Origin: an uncultured Phycisphaerales bacterium
GTDB taxonomy: Bacteria; Planctomycetota; B15-G4; CAYZWU01
NCBI GenBank assembly: GCA_964482235.1
Contig: CAYZWU010000028.1
Coordinates: 6,645-70,644 of the forward strand
Direction: 5' to 3'
DNA length: 64,000 nucleotides
Position 1 is the stretch's first letter; every line of letters begins with the position of its first letter. The notes beneath the pieces are model-generated. The model saw nothing but the letters and a program-made list of their open reading frames with translations, had not been told where the DNA came from and searched no databases. Position numbers and translations under genes: made by a program. Positions 25,201 through 34,048 of this stretch are shown here, piece after piece.

Positions 25201-26001
25201 GCGGAACTTCTCCTCGAGAAAATCGTTCCAGTGGATCCCGCCGGCCGGGGCGAGGTGCGGCTCGTCGGTGAAGAGGCCCGGCACCCTCCTGCCGAAGGCG
25301 CCGCCGATCTCCCGCTTGTAGGCATCCATCGTGATCTCGAGAAACTTCTCCGTCACGCCGGGCAGGAGGAGGTCGACATACCACTTTCCCCCGAACCAGG
25401 GCGACTGGCGCGCCTCCTGCCAGAGGGCGGCGAGGTAGCGGCCTTCGGGCAGATCCTCGGAAGAGCGGGAAATGGCAGTCACGGCCTCATATCCCTCCTC
25501 GGTGATCCGGAAGATGGCGTAAGGCTCCTGATCCAGATCGACTTTGCTTTCGATCTCTTTCAGGACGAGGCCGCGCCCCCGGGAGCCGGGCATCGCTTCA
25601 GGCACGAGGCCGCCGGCGAAGCCGGAGGGATAGGAGTTCTCGTCGTAGATCCAGACGTTCATGTCGAGCCGCTCGGCCTCGTGAAGAGCGATCTTCCAGA
25701 GCCGGAACCAGTCGGGCGAGAGATAGGGCGTCATCAGCCCCGGCCGGGGATGAACCCAGACCTGCCTCACCTTCTGGCCCTGCAGGTCGCGCATGGTGGA
25801 GCGAATCTGCTCTTCCGTCAGCATGTCGTTCCAGACCCAGAGAGGGCCGCTGCTGTATCGGCGCGGCGGATCGCGAAAGAGCGCCTTCACTGCAGAGGAG
25901 GAGTCGAGTGCTCCCTCGGCGCCTGTCGGGATGGCTTGCCCGCTGAGATCGCCGGCGGGCAGAAGGATTGCGAACAGGCTCAGGTACAGAAGATACTTCA
26001 C
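22297..26001 (-). CDS. Secreted glycoside hydrolase, GH106 (alpha-L-rhamnosidase)-like, with an inserted discoidin-like domain
   Basis: GTG 26001 with GGAGG RBS and signal peptide; PLWVWND, HPRPGL.TPYLS, WIYDENSYPSGFAGG, FTDEP, LCEAYGAGGW and QGHPFYAG motifs are typical of GH106-like proteins. Confidence 0.8.
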   Translation of the reverse strand: MKYLLYLSLFAILLPAGDLSGQAIPTGAEGALDSSSAVKALFRDPPRRYSSGPLWVWNDMLTEEQIRSTMRDLQGQKVRQVWVHPRPGLMTPYLSPDWFRLWKIALHEAERLDMNVWIYDENSYPSGFAGGLVPEAMPGSRGRGLVLKEIESKVDLDQEPYAIFRITEEGYEAVTAISRSSEDLPEGRYLAALWQEARQSPWFGGKWYVDLLLPGVTEKFLEITMDAYKREIGGAFGRRVPGLFTDEPHLAPAGGIHWNDFLEEKFRKRWGYDLAEHLPALVRPLGDWKRIRHNYQQLLLEQFVELWAKPCHDWCERHGLEFTGHYWEHGWPGASHGPDNMAMYAWQQRPGIDTLMNRYSEDVHAQFGNVRAVRELASAASQLGRERTLCEAYGAGGWDLRFEDMKRIGDWLYVLGVNTLNEHLSYVTIRGARKRDHPQSFSYHAPWWKLYHLPAAYFSRLSAALSKGEQIHDIVVIEPTTTGWMYQPDGSHRGRLGQIGSTFQQLLLSLEAAQVEYDLGCEDIFERHGSVDGDALTIGKRRYTTVVLPPLAENLNGRTMELLELFVANGGTVFCCGEPPSLVEGRPSTRGVEASRKESWQSLEPERLPATLLERSKDGFRVQRDDNDRGILFHHRRRLEDGELLFLVNTSIDHLSSGTIESRALGVERWDPESGGTAAYPFSRREGGISARFELPPCGSLLLFLSRSERDGGEEQPQPVRKIAPAGPTAVERIGPNVLTLDYVDVTAGGETRKKVYVYEASRFVFRKNGMERNPWDSAVQLRDELIRKSFPEGGGFSATYRFVFEESVPGPIEIVIERPDLYRINCNGLSVAASEGAWWLDRSFGRIDITGAIKEGENAVTIEASPFTIYHELESAYLLGNFRLKAVEAGFVIVAGEAPGFEDVLTHGAAPDGTMWLTTGIGFSTDAAGSPLDDHDPRIVFDLGRAAALRRIEIWNYNEVDLTSRGVKRLRIAGSETGRPDTFTVPLGTFELDEAPGTAIGNRNRPGFPARLAIDAAPVRYVAFEILSNQRGAAFPATDAGDDNAFVGLSEVRFFGKGEGAGDSFEIPSVSIHSVSSELTAGFNRRAGFLVDRSGLTRAGWNAQGHPFYAGGVAYTQAFDIPELAGRLFVTLSSWHGSVAQVSVNGKHAGAIWHQPWEIDVTERLVPGRNVIAVTVIGTLKNTLGPHHGAPSLGTAWPAMFHHGPAKGPPPGSRYHTVGYGLFEPFEFVVKGE

Positions 26002-26211
26002 GATTCCTCCTCGTCCGGAGCTTTGGCCGGGGCCGGCTCCGGGATGAGACATGCCTCTCTCCCGCCAGGATCCGACGATCCCGTGAACGAACCGGATACC
26101 CGACCCGGGCAAAGTGTTCAATGGAAATTAAAAACCGGAATTCCCGCTGATATCAAGAGGCGGAATCGTAAGCTGTGCCCTGGCCCGATTCGAAAAATGA
26201 GGTCCCGGCGC

Positions 26212-27936
26212 GTGAAAGTCCTGCTCATCAACCCCCCGGTAAGGGATTTCTACAACACCCCCCTTCGGCGGCTGCCCCTCGGCCTGCTCTACGTGGCCGC
26301 CGCCCTGAGAGAGGAGAGGCACGAGGTGAGCCTACTCGATGCGGGCGCGTCGCAGGCCAGGACATCCTGCCCCCCGCCGCAGGGATCGGTTGACGAGGAC
26401 CTGAAGAGCCTCGCCCGGGACACGACGCCCTTCCGGCTCTTCGGCCGTTTCACCCACTTCGGGCCGTCCTATCGCGATATCGAGGAGATCGTGCGCGAGG
26501 AGAAGCCGGAAGCGGTCGGCATCTCGTCCCTCTTCTCCGCCTATGCCGCCGAGGTCGAGGAGACGGCCGCCGCCGCACGGAAGGGTGCGCCCGGCGCGAT
26601 CATCGTTCTCGGCGGCGGGCACCCCTCCGCACTCCCCCGCAGGGCTCTTGGCCACGGTGCCGTGGACTACATCGTGGCAGGCGAGGGCGAGCGCGCCTTT
26701 CCCGACCTGCTGGCCGCCGTTGAAGCGAGCCGAGATCCGGGCCGCGTTCCCGGCGTGGCCCTTCTGCGCAACGGTGCTGTTCGTTCGAGCCCGCCGCGCT
26801 TCGCGCGCGACCTCGACGCGCTTCCCCTGCCGGCCAGGGATCTTCTCGACAGCGGCAGCTACATCTGGGGCGGACGGCCCTTCACGCAGATCGTCAGCTC
26901 CCGGGGCTGCCCGCGCGGCTGCACCTTCTGCTCGAGCCGCCTCACCATGGGGGCCGGATTCCGGCCGCGCTCACCGCAGTCGGTGGTCGACGAGATGGCT
27001 CATTGCCACGAGCGGTTCGGCACGGAGGTCTTCGATTTCGAGGATGACAACCTGACGCTGGACCGCACCCGCGCCCTGGATCTCCTGCACCTGATCACTG
27101 CCACCTTCGGTGCCCGGCGATTCCGGCTCGAAGCGTTGAACGGGATCGATGCCGGGCGGCTCGACAGGGAGCTGATCGACGCCCTTCACCTGGCCGGCTT
27201 CGAGACCCTTCACCTGGCGCCCCTGTCCGCCAGGGAAGAGAGCCTCGCCGCCATGGGACGGTCTGGCGATCTCGAGTCGTTCCTCGATCTGGCCCACCAC
27301 GCCGTGGACAGGGGGATGAAGGTCGTGGCCTACGTGATGGTCGGTTTTCCGGGGCAGAAGCTGCGGGAGGTGATGGAGACTCTCGCGATCCTCTCGAGGG
27401 AGCCCGTCCGGGTGACGCCGTCGACGTTCTATCCGGCACCAGGCTCCAGGGTGCAGAAGGAGCTCCTGCCCGAGCTCGACAGGGCCGGTGCCGCGGCATG
27501 GGGGCTCGCGCGCGCCTCCTGCTTCCCCCGCGTGCCCGGCGGTTTCTCGCCGCGCACGTCGCGCACCGTTGTCTGGCTGTCGCGCCTGGCCGACTTCTGC
27601 CGCGGCGTCGAGGGGGGGGGCGACATGAAAACTCTCCGGTCCCTCTGCTCCGGGACGGCCGCGGCACGCGCCATGGGAGCCCCCCACCCTGTAGGCCAGC
27701 CTTGGAAGATCAGGAGCCCGCACCGTCTCGACGGCGGGCAGCTGGGGCTCGAGGCGCTGGGCGCCTACTTCAGGACCCTGGCTCCTCACGGTGTGCGCCT
27801 GGAGAAACGGGGGAAGGAGGGTTCTCCCTGGAGATACAGCGCCTTCCGCCTGCCCGGCATGATCCAGGAACGCTCTTTCTACAGGCGCCACGGGATCCCC
27901 GGATTCGGGTCGATGCGTGCCGAAAGCGGCCGATGA
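26212..27936 (+). CDS. Cobalamin-binding radical SAM protein
   Basis: KVLLINPP, PLGLLYVAA, VGISSLFS and GGGHPS (B12 domain); SRGCPRGCTFC (CxxxCxxC); FEDDN. Only the 3' half of track ORF 24526..27936 is real; start GTG 26212 or ATG 26197. Confidence 0.88.
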   Translation: MKVLLINPPVRDFYNTPLRRLPLGLLYVAAALREERHEVSLLDAGASQARTSCPPPQGSVDEDLKSLARDTTPFRLFGRFTHFGPSYRDIEEIVREEKPEAVGISSLFSAYAAEVEETAAAARKGAPGAIIVLGGGHPSALPRRALGHGAVDYIVAGEGERAFPDLLAAVEASRDPGRVPGVALLRNGAVRSSPPRFARDLDALPLPARDLLDSGSYIWGGRPFTQIVSSRGCPRGCTFCSSRLTMGAGFRPRSPQSVVDEMAHCHERFGTEVFDFEDDNLTLDRTRALDLLHLITATFGARRFRLEALNGIDAGRLDRELIDALHLAGFETLHLAPLSAREESLAAMGRSGDLESFLDLAHHAVDRGMKVVAYVMVGFPGQKLREVMETLAILSREPVRVTPSTFYPAPGSRVQKELLPELDRAGAAAWGLARASCFPRVPGGFSPRTSRTVVWLSRLADFCRGVEGGGDMKTLRSLCSGTAAARAMGAPHPVGQPWKIRSPHRLDGGQLGLEALGAYFRTLAPHGVRLEKRGKEGSPWRYSAFRLPGMIQERSFYRRHGIPGFGSMRAESGR

Positions 27937-28015
27937 TCGACAGGCCGCCGCAAAGGATCAGCTTGCGGCCCGAACGACTTTCGGCGCGGTCTGCGGGATT
28001 GATCGCAACAGGAGA

Positions 28016-29308
28016 TCAGGGATAGATCTTGTAGAGCATCCTGGGGAAGAGGATGCATTCCCGGATGTGCGGCGTGCCGCAGATCCAGGCCACCGTCCTC
28101 TCCAGCCCGAGCCCGAAGCCGCCGTGGGGCACGGACCCGAACCGCCTGAGATCGAGGTACCACTTGAACGCCTCCTCGGGCAGCTCGTGATCCTTGATCT
28201 GCTGCTCGAGGTACTCGATGTCCGTGCTCCTCTCGCCGCCGCCGATGATCTCGCCGTACCCTTCCGGGGCGATCATGTCCACGCCGAGGGCGAGGCGCTT
28301 GTCCTCGGGATCGCGCTTCATGTAGAACGCCTTGACCGCTGCCGGATAACGGTGGATCAGGATCGGTTTCTCGGAATCCTCGCCGAGAAAGGTCTCGTGC
28401 GGCGCTCCGAAATCGTCGCCCCACTCGATCTCCTGCCCGCCCTTGCTCAGGACATCCACGGCCTCGGTGTAGGTCATCCTGGGGAAGGGCGGCTTGATCT
28501 TCTCCAGCCTGGAGATGTCCCGCTCCAGGACCTCGAGCTCCCTCCGGCGGTCCTTCAGCACGCACTCCACCACGTAGGTGATCATCTCCTCTTCCAGGTC
28601 CATGACCCCGTCGAGGTCGATGTATGCGATCTCGGGCTCCAGCATCCAGAACTCGGTGAGGTGGCGCCGCGTCTTCGACTTCTCGGCGCGGAAGGTGGGG
28701 CCGAAGACGTAGATCTTCCCGAAGGCCATGGCCGCCGCTTCGCCGTAGAGCTGTCCCGACTGGGTGAGGTACGCCTTGTCGTCGAAGTAATCGAGGCCGA
28801 AGAGGGTAGTCGTCCCCTCGCAGGCCGCGGGCGTGAAGATCGGCGTGTCCATGCAGATGAAGCCGCGGTCGTCGAAGAAGTCGCGCATCGCCTTGATGAT
28901 CCTGGCCCGGATGCGCAGGACCGCGTGCTGCTTTTTCGACCGGATCCAGAGATGGCGGTGCTCCATCAGGAAGGCGGTGGAGTGCTCCTTCGGGGTGATC
29001 GGATAGGGATCGGCCTCGTGGACGATCTCGATATCGGACACGGAGATCTCGAAGCCGCCCGGCGCCCGGGCGTCCTCCTTCACCTTGCCGGTCACCACGA
29101 TCGACGATTCCTGGGACAGCGTGTCGCAGCTCTTGAACACCTCCTCGTCGAAGTCGCCCTTGAACATGACCGCCTGCACGATCGCCGTGCCGTCGCGGAT
29201 CTGCAGGAAGTGGAGCTTCCCGGAGGAGCGCTTGTTGTAGAGCCATCCCTTGAGGGTGACCGTATCATCCACGTGATGCTTCAGGTCTTCGATGTAAACA
29301 TGATCCAT
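28016..29308 (-). CDS. asnS: Asparagine--tRNA ligase
   Basis: [48 protein letters not shown] and [11 protein letters not shown] motifs. Start at ATG 29308. Confidence 0.96.
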   Translation of the reverse strand: MDHVYIEDLKHHVDDTVTLKGWLYNKRSSGKLHFLQIRDGTAIVQAVMFKGDFDEEVFKSCDTLSQESSIVVTGKVKEDARAPGGFEISVSDIEIVHEADPYPITPKEHSTAFLMEHRHLWIRSKKQHAVLRIRARIIKAMRDFFDDRGFICMDTPIFTPAACEGTTTLFGLDYFDDKAYLTQSGQLYGEAAAMAFGKIYVFGPTFRAEKSKTRRHLTEFWMLEPEIAYIDLDGVMDLEEEMITYVVECVLKDRRRELEVLERDISRLEKIKPPFPRMTYTEAVDVLSKGGQEIEWGDDFGAPHETFLGEDSEKPILIHRYPAAVKAFYMKRDPEDKRLALGVDMIAPEGYGEIIGGGERSTDIEYLEQQIKDHELPEEAFKWYLDLRRFGSVPHGGFGLGLERTVAWICGTPHIRECILFPRMLYKIYP

Positions 29309-29309
29309 T

Positions 29310-29861
29310 TTATGGAAATGCCTTGTAAATGGGTGAGAGGTTCTCGGACACCACACGGCCGTCCCGGACGACGATGTTCCCCTTGTACGGGACGTTCCCC
29401 TTCATCACCTCCACGGGGATCGTGTGCTCCCCGTGCTCCATGTCCGCGATGTCGGCGAGGAGGGCCACGGATTGAAAGCCCTTGGCGTAGAGCCGCTGCT
29501 CGATCACGTCCTGGAGTCCGACGCTGCGGAGCTCACCCTGCCCCCCGCCGGCGCTGAAGAGATCCCTGAGCTCGGAGATGCGCGATTCGAGGCGAACGTT
29601 GCTGTCGCAGAGATCGACGAGCCGCGATTCCAGCTCGCCGAGATCGATGTCGAGGGGCCGGGCGACCTTGCGAAGCGCGGCAAGCTCATCGACCACATCC
29701 TGCGCCCTGAAGGTTTCGCGGGCCGATTTCTCCATCTTCCGGAAGTGCCGGCTCTGGAGAATGAGAAAGAAGATCAGCCCGAGCAGGAAGAAGCCGGCTA
29801 CGAAGTAATCGAGCGTGGAAGCCGATATGCAGAGGGTCAGGAATGTCGCCACTTCGTTCAT
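29310..29861 (-). CDS. Hypothetical membrane-anchored protein (~183 aa) directly upstream of asnS
   Basis: The 3' part of track ORF 29310..30641 has GC-rich codon bias, an N-terminal TM and a coiled-coil-like segment. The start is uncertain. Confidence 0.7.
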   Translation of the reverse strand: MNEVATFLTLCISASTLDYFVAGFFLLGLIFFLILQSRHFRKMEKSARETFRAQDVVDELAALRKVARPLDIDLGELESRLVDLCDSNVRLESRISELRDLFSAGGGQGELRSVGLQDVIEQRLYAKGFQSVALLADIADMEHGEHTIPVEVMKGNVPYKGNIVVRDGRVVSENLSPIYKAFP

Positions 29862-30042
29862 CTCCACGATGGATCCCGCAACTGACCGATCACAAACCCC
29901 GATTATTATTGGACAGGCCAAGGTCAAATCAAGGAAAAAGGAACTTGAAGAAGGTTCGATTTTGCTTTTGGTTTTGGAAGGCGATCGCCTTTCAATGAAA
30001 TCGTGAACGACGTCGACGGCGGAAAGGCACAGGTTTCGGTCG

Positions 30043-32139
30043 ATGAAGCGATTCAATATCATCGTGCTCCTGCTTCTGCTGGGTTCGCTCTTCTTCCTGC
30101 CCGATGCGGACAGGGACCACCTCTTTCTCCAGGCAGTGAACGATACGGCAGCCGAGTGGATCACCCTCTTCGAGGAGGAGCGTGGCAGCCCGGTGAAGGC
30201 CATCCGGTTCGAGGGCCTGGATCTCGACCGGCCCGGCGGAGAGGCCGGCAGCCAGGCCGTGGAGCGAGAGATCCGCAACGCCACCGTGCTCGACTCGGAC
30301 AGGTGGTTCCTGGACAGCGATGGCAGCTGGTGGATCGTTTTCAAGGACCAGCTCGTATGCAATCCCGATTCGCTCGCCCCACCCGAAGACGGCATTGCTT
30401 TGAGATGCACGGCCATAGAGCTGGAGGACCGAGCCAGGGTTGCCTTTATCGTCGCTGACGAGACCTCCATGCTGGAACGGGAGTTCTTCAAATGGTATTC
30501 CATCCTCCCGCCCATATTGGCTATTGCGATTGCCCTTCTCCTGAGACGAACGATCGTGGCTCTCTTCCTCGGGGTCTGGCTCGGCGCCACGCTCATCTCG
30601 TCGGGCAACCCTATCACCGGCATCTGGCTGTTCCTTTGCAAATACCTCTTCGATGAGGCGCTCTGTCAGCAGTTCCGCCTCGAGATCATCGGCTTCGTCA
30701 TCGCGCTCTGCGCCACGGTGGGAATGCTGAGCCGCGGCGGCGGGATACAGGGCTTCGTGAAGCTGCTGCTGCGCTTCGCCCGCTCGGTCCGGTCCACGTG
30801 CGTCACCACGTACATGATGGGGCTCTCCATCTTTTTCGACGACTACTCCAATTGCATTCTCGTGGGATCGATCATGCGGCCCTTGACGGACAAGCTCCGC
30901 ATATCCCGGGAAAAGCTCTCGTACATCGTGGACTCCACCGCCGCGCCCGTGGCTGGTCTTTCCGTCATCTCCACCTGGATCGCCTACGAGATCTCCATGT
31001 TCTCGCCGCAGCTTCCCGAGGCGGCAAACATGATCAAGGAAGCGGCGACGGATCCGGACAAGGTCGAGACGATCTCGACGAACGGTTACGAGATCTTCTT
31101 CATGACCATGCCGTACCGATTCTACTGCCTCTTCACCCTCTTCTTCATTCTGATGATCATCCTGTCGCGGCGCGACTTCGGCCCCATGCTGCAGGCCGAG
31201 CGCCGCGCCCGGCGCACCGGCGACTGCGTCCGGCCCGGCGGGATGCCGATGGTCTCCGATGCCATGACCCGGATCAAGGCCAAGGAAGGGGTGCCGCAGC
31301 TCTGGTATATCGCCGTGCTCCCCGTCATCCTGATCGTGCTGGTCACCATGGAGGAATTCTGGCGGCTCGGGGGAGGCTGGAAACTTTCCTTCTCCAAAAT
31401 CTTCTCGATTGAGGCGATCAGCACGGTGCTGGGCGCCATCCCCGAGGATCAGGCGGCCAGTCCGATCTTTCACGGTGCCCTGGCCGGATTCATCCTGGCC
31501 CTGATCCTGGTTATCTGCCGCAGAATCCTGACGCCCGTCGAAAGCGTGAAGGCGGCAGCGGCCAGCACGAAGGGGCTCTTCTTTGCCGTGGTGATCCTCT
31601 TCCTCGCCTGGTGCATCGGCGGCGTGTGCCGCGACATGGGAACGGCGCACTACCTGATCGCCACGTTCCTTCATGTGATCCCGGCCGAGATCTTCCCGCT
31701 GCTCCTCTTCATCACCGCGTCGCTCGTCTCCTTTGCCACCGGCTCCTCCTGGTCGACCATGGCGATCCTGCTCCCGAACACCGTTCTCCTCAGCTCGATG
31801 ATGGGGATGGAGTGCGCTCTCGGACCGGAGATGATGCTGGTGATCTCCATCGGCGCCGTCCTGGAGGGCTCGATCTTCGGCGACCACTGCTCCCCCATCT
31901 CGGACACGACGATTCTCTCGTCGGTCAGCGCGGCGGCCGATCACCTCGATCACGTGAAGACCCAGATCCCCTATGCTGTCACAACCATGTCGGCGGCCAT
32001 GCTGGCGGGCTACCTCCCGGCCGCTCTCGGCGTGCACTGGGGCTGGAGCCTGGCCGCTGGAGCGGTGGTGCTCCTGGCCGTCATCTTCCTCCTGGGACGC
32101 CGGACGCCGCTCCCACAGGAGAATCCGGTACCCGGATAG
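30043..32139 (+). CDS. Na+/H+ antiporter NhaC-family (IT superfamily) transporter with an N-terminal extracytoplasmic extension
   Basis: IFFDDYSN, SREKLSYIVDSTAAP, SFATGSSWSTM, GDHCSPISDTT and HVKTQIPYA motifs. Confidence 0.9.
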   Translation: MKRFNIIVLLLLLGSLFFLPDADRDHLFLQAVNDTAAEWITLFEEERGSPVKAIRFEGLDLDRPGGEAGSQAVEREIRNATVLDSDRWFLDSDGSWWIVFKDQLVCNPDSLAPPEDGIALRCTAIELEDRARVAFIVADETSMLEREFFKWYSILPPILAIAIALLLRRTIVALFLGVWLGATLISSGNPITGIWLFLCKYLFDEALCQQFRLEIIGFVIALCATVGMLSRGGGIQGFVKLLLRFARSVRSTCVTTYMMGLSIFFDDYSNCILVGSIMRPLTDKLRISREKLSYIVDSTAAPVAGLSVISTWIAYEISMFSPQLPEAANMIKEAATDPDKVETISTNGYEIFFMTMPYRFYCLFTLFFILMIILSRRDFGPMLQAERRARRTGDCVRPGGMPMVSDAMTRIKAKEGVPQLWYIAVLPVILIVLVTMEEFWRLGGGWKLSFSKIFSIEAISTVLGAIPEDQAASPIFHGALAGFILALILVICRRILTPVESVKAAAASTKGLFFAVVILFLAWCIGGVCRDMGTAHYLIATFLHVIPAEIFPLLLFITASLVSFATGSSWSTMAILLPNTVLLSSMMGMECALGPEMMLVISIGAVLEGSIFGDHCSPISDTTILSSVSAAADHLDHVKTQIPYAVTTMSAAMLAGYLPAALGVHWGWSLAAGAVVLLAVIFLLGRRTPLPQENPVPG

Positions 32140-32157
32140 CTTCAGGATCGATCAGCC

Positions 32158-32529
32158 ATGACAAATCGATCTGAGGAAATCGACAAGGCAGATATCTGGG
32201 CCTCGAGGGCGGTTCTGTTGCTGTCCGTCGTTGTTGTCGGGATTGCCGGAATCGTCGAGGATTGTTCGGCGAGGGGATTCGACGCATGGATCATCCCGAT
32301 CCTGCACACCTGTGCCGTGCTGCTCGTTCTTGTCAGAATTCCCCTGGGAACGGCGACAATGGCAGTGAGTTTTTTCTTCCTGCTGGGAAATTCAGCCGGG
32401 TCGTGTCTCTACGTCGACGGCCCGGAAGTGGAGACCGGTATCCTGTATTTCTTCACGACGATTTTTGCATTGATCGGGTATCTGCCGGCGAGATCGATCG
32501 AAAAACCGGGAACTCGCAGCGAAGATTGA
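32158..32529 (+). CDS. Small hypothetical membrane protein (about 4 TM)
   Basis: A hydrophobic 123-aa ORF filling the gap after the antiporter. Confidence 0.6.
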   Translation: MTNRSEEIDKADIWASRAVLLLSVVVVGIAGIVEDCSARGFDAWIIPILHTCAVLLVLVRIPLGTATMAVSFFFLLGNSAGSCLYVDGPEVETGILYFFTTIFALIGYLPARSIEKPGTRSED

Positions 32530-32547
32530 ACGGAATCCGGAGAAGTG

Positions 32548-33804
32548 TCACTCGCCCTTGAGGATCTTCAGCTGCTCGGCAATGAGATCCTGCTTCTTCG
32601 AGAAGGGAATGCTGCAGTGCGGGCAGCAGCCGTCCTCCCCCGATCCGGGATAGCCGTCGAGCGCTTCCTCCAGGCGAATGCCGTCCTCCCAGTACTCGAC
32701 GATCCGGTTCGCGTTTTCATAACCCTTCTGCATGAAGTAGATGCCGAGCGCGAAGCTGGCGTCAGCCTGGTGCGCACCCATCTTGGCGGCCCGATCAAGG
32801 TAGCTCCGTCCTTCCTGCCAGAGGACGTCGTCATTGGTCTCGGCGAAGAGGACCATGCAGGCGAGGCCGGCATGATAGCTGAACTCCGGAAGTAGGTCGA
32901 TCTCCTTCAGCGGCAGGAACAGGCCCCTCTTGAAGCAGTCGCGGGCCGACCGGAAGGAGCGCAGGGCGTCCCTCTTCGCCTCGCTCGAGAGCCCCGCCTC
33001 GCCTGCTTCGGCCTGGATCGCCTTTCCCTTCAGGAAGTGGGCCCTCCCCAGGAGCAGGCAGCTTCCCGGTCCGGCGCCGCCGATCCGCTCGGCCTCGCGT
33101 CCCTTCTCGATCGCCCTGTCCGGATCGGTCTCCATGATCTCGAAACCCTCTGCCAGGAGGGTGCCGATCCGATTCTCCCTGACCGCATCGCTGTCGAAGG
33201 CCATCCGGCAGTGGGGACAGGCACCATCGTCCTTCGAGCCGGGATAGTCCTCCAGATCTTCCCGGGCGGCAAGGCCCTTCTTCCTGTTGAGAGCGATGCT
33301 ATCCAGATCGAAGAGCCCCTCCTGCCAGTACAGGCGGCAGAGGGCGAAATAGGCGTCGGCCTGGTGCCCCCCCTCGGCCGCGGCATTGGAAAGGAGGCGG
33401 AGGGCCTCGCGGCCGTCGCTCTTCGACCGGGTCTCGATGTGCAGGTTCAAGGCGCTCAATCCCGCGTGGAACTGGAACTCCGGGTGGAGCTCCGGCCTGT
33501 CGGCCGACAGATCGAGTCCCTCGAGAAAGGAATCCATCGCTTTCTGGTAATGCCTCTTGATGTAGTTCGCCCGCCCGAGAAGGAGAAAGGGCTCGGGCCG
33601 CGACTCATCGATCTCGCGGGCTTCCAGCGCCAGCGAGATCGCCTTGTCCGGTTCGGTCTCCACGGCAGCGAATCCCTTCTCGACGAGGTCGTCGACGCGG
33701 CTCTCCTTCTCCCGGCTGTCCATGTTGAGATGGAACGCATATCCTCCCGCGACGCAGATCAGGACGACAACCGCGCCGATCAGAACCATCATCCGGATGC
33801 TCAT
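32548..33804 (-). CDS. Membrane-anchored TPR protein made of two tandem repeats, each ending in YPGS-x-x-DG-x-CPHC
   Basis: N-terminal TM; TPR-like helices (LLLGRA, HAGL, ADAYFAL/ADASFAL) occurring twice; CPHC at 33208-33219 and 32614-32625. Confidence 0.8.
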   Translation of the reverse strand: MSIRMMVLIGAVVVLICVAGGYAFHLNMDSREKESRVDDLVEKGFAAVETEPDKAISLALEAREIDESRPEPFLLLGRANYIKRHYQKAMDSFLEGLDLSADRPELHPEFQFHAGLSALNLHIETRSKSDGREALRLLSNAAAEGGHQADAYFALCRLYWQEGLFDLDSIALNRKKGLAAREDLEDYPGSKDDGACPHCRMAFDSDAVRENRIGTLLAEGFEIMETDPDRAIEKGREAERIGGAGPGSCLLLGRAHFLKGKAIQAEAGEAGLSSEAKRDALRSFRSARDCFKRGLFLPLKEIDLLPEFSYHAGLACMVLFAETNDDVLWQEGRSYLDRAAKMGAHQADASFALGIYFMQKGYENANRIVEYWEDGIRLEEALDGYPGSGEDGCCPHCSIPFSKKQDLIAEQLKILKGE

Positions 33805-34048
33805 GAGCTTCCTCGTAAGTAACAGGCCATAGCGGCCGGGACTCTGAAGCGGGCCCGATCCTTTTCATTGCCTTCAGTTTAACGGCATCGTTCCGACCAT
33901 TGGACCGGTTTTTTCCGGAAGACTTGTCAAAAAAACCGGTCAAAAGAACGGCAAAACAGGTGGGGAACGATTATGATTCTTTTTCAGCGGCAAAAACGAA
34001 CCGCCTCTGCATCAGACCCGGATGCAGCACATCGCTGTGGAGTGGCCC

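Noticed and set aside
24526-26196. N-terminal 557 aa of the 1136-aa track ORF as part of the radical SAM protein
   Set aside because: It overlaps the GH106-like gene in antisense; recognisable domains start only at VKVLLINPP.
29862-30641. N-terminal part of track ORF 29310..30641
   Set aside because: It is antisense to the antiporter and the divergent promoter region, with no protein-like features.
32614-33219. CPHC motifs as heme c attachment sites
   Set aside because: Heme c needs CxxCH; the residues after the second Cys are Arg and Ser.
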